Shown: positions 1 to 10,125 of the stretch, one piece after another
Position numbering within the stretch: the first letter of the stretch is position 1
Layout of the letters: each line of letters begins with the position of its first letter
NCBI RefSeq assembly: GCF_001447785.1
Contig: NW_015165371.1
Location: 24,135 to 84,036, forward strand
DNA: 59,902 nt
Reading direction: 5' to 3'
Source of the DNA: Gekko japonicus
Taxonomy: Eukaryota
Made by a program: the position numbers and the translations under genes
The notes under the pieces: model-generated
Told to the model about the DNA's origin: nothing
What the model saw: only the letters and a program-made list of their open reading frames with translations
The model's database searches: none

Positions 1-345
1 AGACAGGGGTAGTCTTGGGGGAATGCTAGCTAGGAGGAGCCAGGTGACTGATTCTCTCCTTTTATAGGGGGTCCAAGAGGTGGGTGGTAACTGTGCCAAC
101 CTCTTGACCCACCTACCTGTTAGTCCGTCCCAAAAACAATCCTATTGGTTGCAGGTAGGGAGGGAGGTTACCTAGGAGGGATGGCCAATATTGTAACCTA
201 ACTTAATTGAAGGATTGGCATCTGAGCAGGTGTGAAATCCAGGTGTCAGGATGCTTCCTTGTAGTGCTGATGAAGTTGGCCAGTTCCTTTGATAACCAAA
301 TGTCCATCTGGCAGGAAATGCCAGCTCAGGAACAAAGCAGTTACA
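1..345 (-). mobile_element. Possible LTR (U3 part) of an LTR retrotransposon or ERV, truncated by the window edge
   Basis: On the minus strand it starts TGTAAC at 345, followed by a CCAAT box (plus cctattgg ~141-148) and TATAAAA (plus ttttata 60-66) in U3-like order and spacing. Confidence 0.4.
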
Positions 346-859
346 TGGTGATGGGTGATACCTGACCAGCAATCAGCTTTGCCATCGTGGCTTTTTCTTC
401 CCAAAGTTGTTTCATTGATAACAATAATGGAGATTTGTGCTTCTTCACCAGGCTGTGCAACTGTGTTGCTGAAACCGTAAGGTATGTGCAGGCACCCTCT
501 ATGTGTGTCATCACAATAGGTGACCTAAAGTGTACAGTTCTCTGAGCCCACGTGTATGAGCACAGTCCATTGTGTAGCAATAAGCAGTCCATAAAACAAA
601 TATCAAGCTTGTTCCCTAACAGTTGACCACCTGGAACTTACTACTCATCAGAAAGTGTGACTGAATCCAGTAAGCAGAGTTGATCTCCCCAGCCTACCCT
701 GCATATCTTCCATGATTTTTTTTGCTTTGTCCCAGACATTTTTCTCCTAGTTTTGCTCACTTCTCTCATTGGACCTGGGCTGAAATGAAAGGGGCAGGTA
801 TTGGTGGGAGAAGAAGACCTTCATTCAAATGCTTCTCTCATTCTTAAAGGTGGAGCTCC

Positions 860-1500
860 ACAGTGCTCTAGATATATTCAAGCAGACATGTGATATAGAC
901 ATGGCTGCCACCATTGTATCCAGTATGATCCTGAGAAATCAGCTAAAGGTATTTGCTGTTCACCAATGCATGTCGTTAACAAAAAGCAAACTCCTTCATA
1001 CCTTCTTAGCATACCTTCTTCTTACTGTGGAATTACTGTTGGGTGGCAAATGACCTAGGCGTTAATTCTGTTCCTTTTCAGTCTTCTTTGTCCCATAGTT
1101 ATCTCTTTATTGTTGTCAACTTAAGGGCTTCTCTCTGAGGAAGGTCTCAGAAGATCTCATTACTGTCTTCATGCCAATTAAAAGAACATCACTAATGTTA
1201 TTGTTCTGAAAAAAGATATGCTTTAACTCTTAAGGCAGCCAACTTGAATGGTTAGCAAATGTATCTTGATGTATTTTTAAGTAAATTCATGTTATCTGAA
1301 GCAACTGCTTATTGCCTTCATTGGTTGGATCTAAATGCTCAACTCAATGGGGGGAAAGATCACTACTATGTACCACAGCCTGCTCACTTCCCCATGAGTG
1401 TTTTTGCTGTCTGTCAGAGTTAGCCACAGAGTGACCTCAAACTCATCTGTGACATTTTATGTTTCCACTCAATTGTGTGTTGTCCAATGGATATAGGGTT
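860..1500 (-). promoter_or_regulatory. Putative promoter and first non-coding exon of an OR gene left of the window
   Basis: Paralogous to 7205-7850. Has O/E-like sites (ctctctgaggaa, tctcagaaga), CAATTA, and a shared minus-strand donor AG|GTATGA at ~1002. Confidence 0.5.
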
Positions 1501-1661
1501 GACAAGCTAAGCCAGGCAACTGGCACGGAGATTGGATGCAATGGTGGGAGGGACCTTGTGTCGCAGGTATAATGACATTACTTCCAGGGAAAACCCAGAC
1601 ATGACAGAAAGTAGCTCTAGACTGGTGTGAATTCTATGGAAAAACCATAGATGTCCTCTTG

Positions 1662-1930
1662 GATAACTCATCTGGTCCAGATCCTTTTCAATCTCATTTC
1701 AGACCCAGCTATAGGATAGAGACCAGATTACTGGGTTAACAACTTCTGTTTGAATGTAGACAAAGACCAAGCCTCTTTGTTGTTCCCACTGGATTTATCT
1801 GCCGCCATTGATACATCTTGTTGAGGTGTTTGGAGGCAGAAATAGCCATCAAGGGTTGTTTTGGACAGATTCATATCATTCCTCACCAGCCAAACCCAAA
1901 GATTGCTGTAGGAAGACAGTTATTATCAGT
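1662..1930 (+). mobile_element. Highly degraded L2-clade LINE RT fragment
   Basis: Translates to DPFQSHFRP and LDLSAAIDT-like motifs with frameshifts. Confidence 0.5.
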
Positions 1931-1965
1931 GTAGGACCTATTATGTGGAGGTGCAATCCTATACT

Positions 1966-2227
1966 CAGTGCTTTTTTTGTAGCAGGAACTCCTCTGCATA
2001 TTAGGTGAGACACCCCTAATGTAGCCAATCCTCCAAGAGCTTAGGAAAGCCCCTGTAAGAAGAGCTCTCTTTGTTGCAGGAACTCCTTTGCATATTAGGC
2101 GACACACTCCTAATGTAGCCAATCCTCCAAGAGCTTACAGAGCTCTTGGAGGATTGGTTACATTAGGGGCGTGTCGCCTAATATGCAAAGGAGTACCTGC
2201 GACAAAGAGAGCTCTTCTTACAGGGCT
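1966..2227. mobile_element. Palindromic MITE-like element with an internal direct repeat
   Basis: The unit gcaggaactcct(c/t)tgcatattagg...gccaatcctccaagagct occurs twice directly and once inverted; 85-bp arms at 2051-2135 and 2141-2225. Confidence 0.65.
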
Positions 2228-2474
2228 ATTCTCTTCAATCCCTATGTAAATCCCTTACCACTGTGTATTTTACTGGCTGTTGCTGCAAGTAAGTTCCTAC
2301 TATGTAATTTTTGCTTTTGTTTAATGTGTCGTGTTTGTACTTATGTTCTTATGCTGTTCTTCACCTCTGATTGATTTCCAGATCTCTACAAGAAAAATCC
2401 TATTGCATTGTCTATCTGATATCCTACTCTGTTGATTGTATTCTATGATTCTGTGTAACCTGACCTGATCCTGA

Positions 2475-2650
2475 CCTAGATGGCTCAGTCTAGTTTGATC
2501 TCAGCAGATCTCAGAAGCAAAACAGGGTTGATCCCAGAAAGTATTTTGATGGGAGACCATCATGGAAGTCCAAGTCTTCAGAGACAGGCACTGCCAAACC
2601 ACTTCTGTTTGTCTCTTGCCATGAAAATCCTACCTTCAACTTGGCAGCAC
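2475..2650 (+). mobile_element. 5S rRNA-derived SINE
   Basis: gatctcagcagatctcagaagc...gatgggagacc matches the 5S internal promoter region, followed by a non-5S body. Confidence 0.65.
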
Positions 2651-3173
2651 TATCCACCACCAATCAGCCTTCAGTTCCCCTGAGAAAGGTGGACTTTCTT
2701 AACTGTCAACCTTTAAATTGCGTAATTGCTCAGTATTGATTACTTTTGTCTTCTTGATGTTTAGTTGTAATCTTGCTTTGGCACAGTGATGGTACCACTA
2801 TGTAATGTCAACATATTTATCAGGGCTCATTGAAGATTAATGCAGTACTCAAAAAGGCAATGACCAAACATAACTATTGAACTATGCCATTCAATGCAGA
2901 AAGGACAGAAGCCTTAAGGTATATTGAAATCTTTAGTTTGGTACTAAAGGCCTATAGCTATAGAATACTCTTGAGTGCCTTGGAGTTATGGGACAATTTA
3001 ATGGTACCATAATCTATCTTCAGTTTTAGTAGGAATGTCAACAGTAACACGCTTTGGTAGAACTGAGGGAAAGGCTAGAAAAGCAACATTCTGGTCAATT
3101 AGATTCTAGTCCAGAAGCACCTCAGAGACCAGAGAGAATTTTAGGATATAAATGTTCAAAAGTCAAAGCTCCC

Positions 3174-4109
3174 TTAGTCCCTACTGATAAACATTCGTCT
3201 CAATATTTTCCATGCTGCTTCTTTGAAGTCTTTGTTTCGGATGGTGTAGATGAAAGGGTTTAACATGGGGATGAAACTCGTACGCACAAGAGACACTACT
3301 TTGTTGGCTCGCGTATCTCCTTGGGTTGAAGGCCTCAAGTACATAAACATGTCTGCTAGATAAAAGATGATAACAACAGTAAGATGGGAGGTACATGTGA
3401 AAAAGGCTTTGGATCGGCCAGTGGCAGAAGAGATCCCTATGACTGTGGCTATGATGCATGTGTATGAAATCAACGAAAAGCCAAATGAACCCCACATTAT
3501 AGTAGCACCATATAAGAGACCAATCAGCTCCATCAAAGTTGTGTCAGCACAAGCCAATTTCAGGACAGGTCCAACATCACAGAAGAAGTGATCAATTACA
3601 TTCCGTCCACAGTATGGGTAACTCCATACAACTGCAGACTGTGAAATAATTATCACAAACCCTCCAACCCAAGCTAACAAGGCCAAATAGAGGCATAGTT
3701 CACTGGTCATGATGGCACTATAGAGCAAAGGTTTGCAAATGGCCACATAGCGGTCAAAAGACATGATGGTGAGGGTGATGAATTCAACAGCCCCCATTGT
3801 AAAGACAACAAAACCTTGTGCCATGCAACATGCAAAGCAGATGGTGGTCTTTCCAGACAGTACATTGTCAAGCATCTTGGGAACCTCTGCTGTTGTGGAA
3901 CAGATCTCGGCCATGGAGAAGTTGACGAGGAAGAAGTACATTGGAGTATGGAGCATGGGTTCTTTGAGGACAACTATGATAATCATGCTGTGTCCTGTAA
4001 GTGACAGAAGATACATCAACAGAAATATGGTGAAAAATGTTCCATTCAGGCCATGAAGTTCAGGAAATCCCAGAAGAATGAACTCCGTGACTGATGTGCC
4101 ATTGGCCAT
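3174..4109 (-). CDS. Olfactory receptor, OR6 family (OR6X1-like), divergent; 311 aa (OR-1)
   Basis: Motifs LHTPMYFFL, MSFDRYVAICKPL, DHFFCD, KAFFTCTSHL, PMLNPFIYTIRNK; N-glycosylation site NGT; polypyrimidine tract and AG acceptor ~19 nt upstream of the ATG. Confidence 0.95.
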   Translation of the reverse strand: MANGTSVTEFILLGFPELHGLNGTFFTIFLLMYLLSLTGHSMIIIVVLKEPMLHTPMYFFLVNFSMAEICSTTAEVPKMLDNVLSGKTTICFACCMAQGFVVFTMGAVEFITLTIMSFDRYVAICKPLLYSAIMTSELCLYLALLAWVGGFVIIISQSAVVWSYPYCGRNVIDHFFCDVGPVLKLACADTTLMELIGLLYGATIMWGSFGFSLISYTCIIATVIGISSATGRSKAFFTCTSHLTVVIIFYLADMFMYLRPSTQGDTRANKVVSLVRTSFIPMLNPFIYTIRNKDFKEAAWKILRRMFISRD

Positions 4110-4332
4110 CTCTTAACTTTCTTCTTTTCTTAAACAGAAGAAAAAGTATGTGTCAATAAAACTGCTCATGAGAAGCATGTTCGAATGTACAAACCTCAAA
4201 TAGAATAGTGATAAAACTGTGACAATTGTGGCAGATCTTTACATATGCTTCTATAAAAGTTCCCCAAATATCTAAAACTAAGTCTGTCACGGTCCCCGGG
4301 GCTGTGGGATGCTTGTCGGTCGGAAGCTGTCA

Positions 4333-4722
4333 CTTCCAGGACATGACCTATCAGTAGCAGTTCTTTTACAAAGGAATTTCAAAAGGAGATTAGAAAGAGA
4401 GACTGCTGAATTGCCACTGATAATGAAACTCAAGACAATACACCCACCTGTACTAAATTGAGACTGAAGTTTCTTGTCTCATTACCAATGCTGATTTCTC
4501 CTCATCCACTACCCCTCTGCATATCAAACCTAATCCAAACATGCCTACTGTTTTTATTCACTTGCTATTGACATCTGAAATCTCTCCACTTTCCAATAGA
4601 TTGGACAGATGGAGTCACATTCTAGCTGTATCTGAAGAAGTGAGCAGTGACTCATGAGAACTCATATGCTGCCACAAATGTTGTTAGTCTTTAAGGGGCT
4701 ACTGGACTCTTGCTCTTTTTAT
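4333..4722 (+). mobile_element. Penelope-like element 3' fragment (GIY-YIG C-terminus plus pseudo-LTR)
   Basis: Translates LPGHDLSVAVLLQRNFKRRLERETAELPLIMKLKTI...SHY, resembling the C-terminus of reptile Penelope endonuclease. Followed by a degenerate hammerhead (4628-4667) and a ttagtctttaagg..ctactggactc tail. Confidence 0.7.
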
Positions 4723-4957
4723 CAGTGTAGGTCTCCTAATCACAAATTTTTCTGGGACTGGGTTACCTAAGGGAAACACTCATTAGAGAAACAACTAGCT
4801 GGAGCCAACCCATGACTTTTGGAGGNNNNNNNNNNNNNNNNNNNNNNNNNNNNNNNNNNNNNNNNNNNNNNNNNNNNNNNNNNNNNNNNNNNNNNNNNNN
4901 NNNNNNNNNNNNNNNNNNNNNNNNNNNNNNNNNNNNNNNNNNNNNNNNNNNNNNNNN

Positions 4958-5300
4958 GCCCTTCATTACCCATAGGTGTCTCAGAGCGGCTTACAAACTC
5001 CTTTCCCTCCCCCTCCCCACAACAGACATCCTGTGAGGTAAAAGAAGAAGAAGAGATTGGATTTACACCCCGCCCTTCACTCCCCAAAGGTGTCTCAGAG
5101 TGGCTTACAAACTCCTTCCCCTTTCCCTCCCCACAAAAGACACCCTGTGAGGTAGGTGGGGCTGAGAGAGCTCTTGACAGAAACTGCTCTTTTTCAAGAA
5201 CAGCTCTTGCCAGAGCTACGGCTTGCCCAAGGTCATCCAGCCAGGTGCAAGTGGAGGAGGTTAGAATCTGCGCACTTAACCACTACACCAAACTGGCTCT
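4958..5300 (-). mobile_element. tRNA-derived SINE (Squam3-like): a partial copy next to the gap plus a near-full copy at 5043-5300
   Basis: Head agagccagtttggtgtagtggttaag on the minus strand, L2-like 3' end, (TCT)n tail. Confidence 0.8.
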
Positions 5301-5653
5301 TTATCTTACCCCTGTGAAGTGGGATTTTTTTTCCCTGCATGAGATCATTGGCACCTCTGCAGTAGGCATCTGTATTGCATGCAATAGTAAAGCCAATTTT
5401 ATTGTTATTTCTTACCCAAATGTCAGCTTTGCTTCTCAGCTAAACCAGAATTAAGGGGAGGATTGTTAATTTGAGGATAAACAGACAAAGTATTTAGAAA
5501 AAAATGTGTGTATGTGCTGAATGGTAAACAATCACATATGGTTGAATTCTATGGAACTTTCTCATTAATACGTTGTCGAAGGCTTTCACGGCTGGAGTTC
5601 ATTAGTTGTTGTAGATTTTCTGTGCTGTATGGCTGTGGTCTTGGCATTGTCGG

Positions 5654-5696
5654 ACCTGACGTTTCGCCAGCGGCTGTGACTGGCATCCTCAGAGGT
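5654..5696 (-). ncRNA. Minimal type I hammerhead ribozyme, minus-strand copy
   Basis: Exact reverse complement of 5776-5818. Confidence 0.85.
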
Positions 5697-5775
5697 ATAA
5701 CACAGAAAGATGGAGTACTCTCTGTGTCTGGGTTGCAAATCTTGACACAGAGAGCCCTCCCTCTTTCTGTGTTAT

Positions 5776-5818
5776 ACCTCTGAGGATGCCAGTCACAGCC
5801 GCTGGCGAAACGTCAGGT
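5776..5818 (+). ncRNA. Minimal type I hammerhead ribozyme, plus-strand copy
   Basis: ACCT-CTGAGGA-T-GCCAG(tcacagccg)CTGGC-GAAA-C-GTC-AGGT: complete core, 5-bp stem II, 4-bp stem I, loopless palindromic stem III (ACGT); predicted cleavage after C5814. Confidence 0.85.
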
Positions 5819-6803
5819 CCTACAATGCCAAGACCACAGCCAGACAACCCAAAAAATTTACAACTTCTCATTAACGATGGTGTTTTTCTCTGGCCCAAAG
5901 ACAATTTGTTGGTGCACCTGGATTGGAGGAAAACATTGCTGCTTGTGAAAATGATCCATAAGATCTAGCTCATACAAACAGAGGACGTAGGAAGGATCCC
6001 TTAAATATTATATAACCATTCCATAACCATGAAATGAAATGCTTGTCATCTCTACAAATCTCACAAAAATCCCATCCTGACGAAGTAATTACAGAAGTAA
6101 TTACAGAATTTCTTTCCAGTCAGTCTTGAATCGTCATCAGCATCATCTTCATGATCAGCTCCATAGCCCCCTAACTAGACCATACTTGGCCTCCTGAGGA
6201 ATATAAGGAATATGAAAAATGGGAAAGATTCATTCTTTCTGATAGGATTTCAAAAATGGATTTCGCTGATGACCAATGATTTCTCACTGCCCCAGCTCTG
6301 AATATCAGGTTAACCCTCCCTGCATTGGTCCAGGGTTGTTGAGAAACTCCTTATAATAATGCAAGGTATTATGAACATTCACAAAACCAAAAAAAAAAAT
6401 TCTGTGTCAAGGAGAGAGAAAGAGACAAAAGAAAACCCTATGCAATTTAATCCACACTTGTCCCCACAGCAGGGAGGGCGGGCTAATGTTCAGACAAGTA
6501 AAAAAGGGAAAGAAAGAATGTAGCAGATAGGGAACACTGTTGGTAGCCTCCCCATATCCAGTTTTGACTTTAAGGTGCCACTGGAGTCAAGTTTTGCTCT
6601 TGTACTGTGCGACTGATGTGGCTGCCCATTTCAAAACTTCTTGTACACAACATGACTAGATATCTAACAAGTCATCTGACAGTGGGAATGTGTGTGCCTC
6701 TTAGATGGACAACCAGCCATTGTCTTAATCACGAAAATGAGCTTACCTGTTAATGAAATGCCCAGTCTGACATATTGTGGTGCTGATCCCTCTCTCTCTC
6801 TCT

Positions 6804-7132
6804 GGCCCAATCTGCATCTAGCATTTGCTCCGCTGTGTTACCAAACCCACGCTGGAACAGAAATTCCTTTCTGCATTGCACGCCACTTTACTTTGATTGA
6901 TTGTCGGATTTTACGGCAACGTCCAAACTGCATGCCACTTTCACTTTGTTGGTCTCTCAGTTTTACGGTAGCGTCTGCATAGATTTATGGCCATTTTATG
7001 GTCATTCAGGGGTGACTTTGCCTTCAGTATGCTGTTGGCCAAGGGAATTTGAATGTGGCTCTGAGACATCTTTTTCTGTTCCAGTGTGGGTTTGATAAAA
7101 CAGCGGAGCAAATGCTAGATGCAGATTGGGCC
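6804..7132. mobile_element. MITE with long TIRs (PIF/Harbinger-like)
   Basis: About 55-bp TIR ggcccaatctgcatctagcatttgctccgctg... / ...cagcggagcaaatgctagatgcagattgggcc; related copy at 12605-12915. Confidence 0.75.
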
Positions 7133-7204
7133 TCACTAAAATTCACCAAGAAGAGTTCCAAGTCCTTAGTCCAGATCTCTCTCTCAGTCTTTAAGACAGA
7201 GCCC

Positions 7205-7850
7205 TGCACTGCTTTATATAAGGTTGAGGAGATGTCATTATAAACATGGCTGTTACCATCACACAATCTTAATCATTCAGCTAAGGAAATGTGCTGTTCA
7301 TCAATGCAAGATAGTCAGAAAAAGTCATACCTTCTTAGCAGCTTTGAAATAAATTCTGGAGATAATACTAACTTGCAAAGGTCCTAGATATTAATTCCCT
7401 TCTGTTTCAATCTGCCCCCCCCCTTTTCATTACCATATGTTTATTGCCATCCACTTAAGGGCTTCTCTGAGGAATTCCTCATAAGATCTTGTCGCTCTCC
7501 CTAAGCCATTAAAGAAAACAAACATTGAGCCACCCCCTCAACAGCTAACTTGACTAGTTCTTTATACTACACTAGGAAATGTTTCTTGATGCATTTGTAA
7601 TCAGATCCAGGATACCTGAAATAACTGCTTATTAACTTCATTGGTCATATGTAAATGCTTAATTCAATGGGGGAAAAATAATGTGTGCTACTATGTACTG
7701 GACTATTCCCACTTTTGTGTGAGTTTTTTTGCTGTCCATCAGAGCAGGTCACACAATAATAAAATTGTGGCCTCAAACTTATTTGAGATTTTTAATGCTT
7801 TCCCTCAATCGTGTGCTGTGCATTGAATCTAGAGTTCATAATCTCAGCCA
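7205..7850 (-). promoter_or_regulatory. Putative promoter and first non-coding exon of OR-1
   Basis: Paralogous to 860-1500; O/E-like ttctctgaggaa and ttcctcataaga; donor AG|GTATGA at 7331/7330; ~3.2 kb upstream of the OR-1 ATG. Confidence 0.55.
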
Positions 7851-8114
7851 TAGAGTTGCCATAGAGCTTCGAAGCGATTCCACAAGCCACCCACCATCAC
7901 TTCTGGGTTTTTCCTGGATGTGACGCCATAATAACTTCAACACTACTTCCCCGTCTATTTCTCCTTGGCCCCTTGGAGTGGCAGCAGGCAACAGGAGCTG
8001 GGATGGTCATTCCTTGCTCCGACCAGGAAGATGAGATTCCTAGATGAATCCCATATATTAATTAAGACTTGGTATGAAAAAATAAGGAAAATGCATTTCA
8101 CCCTGTAAAACTAT

Positions 8115-8693
8115 GGCTGCGGTCACACGAGCAGGAAACTGCGCACCTCCACCGAGAGCAGCAGGCTGATTGGAAGGGGACGGAACGGGCCGTTCAAAGC
8201 CCACTCTGGACAGGGTCCTGGGCCACTCACAAGGAGGGGAGGGGAGGGGGGAGTAACCCACCGGATCCCCCTCCCCACCAGCAGCCCGCCTGCCCGCCCT
8301 CCCTCCCCCCGGGACACGCGGCCCGCTCTCTGCCTGGCTGCTGCCACTCGCCCCCATTGCAGCCCCCCCATGGCCCTACCTCGACCCTAACGCCGCACGC
8401 CTTTGTGTGCACGCGCTGTTGGCCGCTTCTAGAGGCATGGGGGGGAACCACCCGGTGGGCGCCGGATGCCACGGGAGTCCGGCAGGGGCGCGATCAGGCG
8501 CCCGCCCTTGCTGCGCAGTTCCCAGAAACTAGTACCTTGGAGGTACTAGTTTTTTACTGCGCATCTTCGGCCAGTAGCCACGGATCAGCCATGGGAGCTC
8601 TACACTCCCCAGATGTTGCTGTGAGATCGCGCCCGGAAACTCCGCCTCTCTTCAGTCCCTCTTGCGTGCTTACTGCTCCGTGTGACCGCAGCC
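8115..8693. mobile_element. PIF/Harbinger-type MITE, GC-rich
   Basis: 15-bp TIR GGCTGCGGTCACACG; 3-bp TSD TAT (8112-8114, 8694-8696). Confidence 0.85.
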
Positions 8694-9616
8694 TATATTT
8701 ACCTAACGTTCTTAGATCATTGACATTGTACATAACTGAAGCTTTTAAGAACTACAAACTTAATATCAGGTATCTGTAGGCCTGTGGCTCCATTCCCCTA
8801 CTGATAATTCCCACTGATCCAACCATACTGCATTGAATAGAATGTTAAGGAGCCCATTTCCCCTTGTAACTCCAAAACAGAAAATGGTGGCTTGCTGTGT
8901 GGGTTCATCCAGAGATTAAAGTAAAATCAGTCCCAAATTACATAAAGCATACTTGCATGCATGCATGCACATACACACACAGAAATAAATATGTAGTCCT
9001 TAGTTCATGGCTGCTGATCTCATTAAATCAGCAAGGTTTAGGTGTGCACTAAGCTTTGGGGGAAATCTGTTTGGCAGGCATTCACAGCCATTTTGCACCA
9101 ACCCAAAAGACCAGGTGATCATCTCATGTCTGATTGACACTGAACATAGTATAACTGTGACTGTCAAATATGTCCAATATGAACATTGTGGCACCCCTAG
9201 TGGAAGTTACAGTCGTCTGAAATAGTCCACAAAACCTAGTATATGGAAATACGCACATCCTTTTATTCTTCCCACTCCCAGGGCTTTCTATTCAGAGTTC
9301 TGTTTTCAACAAGACAAAGTTCTTGAATTAACACTTAAGCCACTACTAATGTTTAAGATCAAGGGGAGGTATGAAGTCCATAAATCACTGGCTATGAGGC
9401 TTCTAGAACATCGTGAAGTGGCATCAGAACTTAGTATAACAGTTTCTTCTGTAACTTCCAGGGCACAAAGTTTGATGTTGTCATTGCTTTCTTCACAGCT
9501 GCTTTGAAGTCCTTGTTTCAGATTGTGTATCGTCAGTTTCAAGTCAGTAGGCTTCTCAAGGAAGAGACTGTAGGATAGCCACAATAATTTTCTCATCGCA
9601 GAAACAGGGTTAGCAC

Positions 9617-10029
9617 CAGGGGTCATTTCCTGCAGGAGCGCACAGGAGCGGAGCTCCGGCAGTAAAGATCCCAGGGGGCAGGCACATGCAACAAGCCCCA
9701 CCCCCTGCTCCCAGCAGCCCTCAGTCAGAGCAGGAAGCAGCCAGGTAAATTGTAGAGCTTCCCCCCGCCCCCCAGCCCAAAATAGTCCAGTGGCACCTTT
9801 AAGACCAAGTTTTATTCGGGTACAAGCTTTCCCTCCTCTGTGAGGACAGATCTGCATGCCCCCTTCCCCAATAGCTAGCAATCCAAAAGAGTCCAGTGGA
9901 GCCAGAGTGGTGGGTGGTGCTTCTGACACACTTCCGGTGATGTCAGGGGGTGTGGCACATGCAAATAAGTTATGCTAATGAGTTATGCTAATGAGCTCCT
10001 GCACCTCTTTTTTAATGAAATGATCCCTG
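9617..10029. mobile_element. hAT-type non-autonomous element, inverted relative to 17074-17489
   Basis: TIR CAGGGGTCATTTC / GAAATGATCCCTG; imperfect TSD (t/g)tagcac; aligns end to end with the 17074-17489 copy. Confidence 0.75.
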
Positions 10030-10125
10030 GTAGCACAACCCCCACTGCAATGTGGCTAGAAACAAAAGATATGTGAAATCCCCTTTCTGCTTTACTGCTG
10101 CAGCATGGAATTCTCTTAAGCCACT

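Larger units (their letters stand above)
5569..5864. mobile_element. Penelope-derived foldback element made of two inverted pseudo-LTRs
   Basis: About 120-bp inverted arms centred at 5736; 10-bp direct repeat TTCTCATTAA at 5559-5568 and 5865-5874 (TSD). Confidence 0.85.

Noticed and set aside
3181-4056. Short alternative-frame and antisense ORFs over OR genes, recurring at each paralog
   Set aside because: Shadows of the conserved OR coding sequence.
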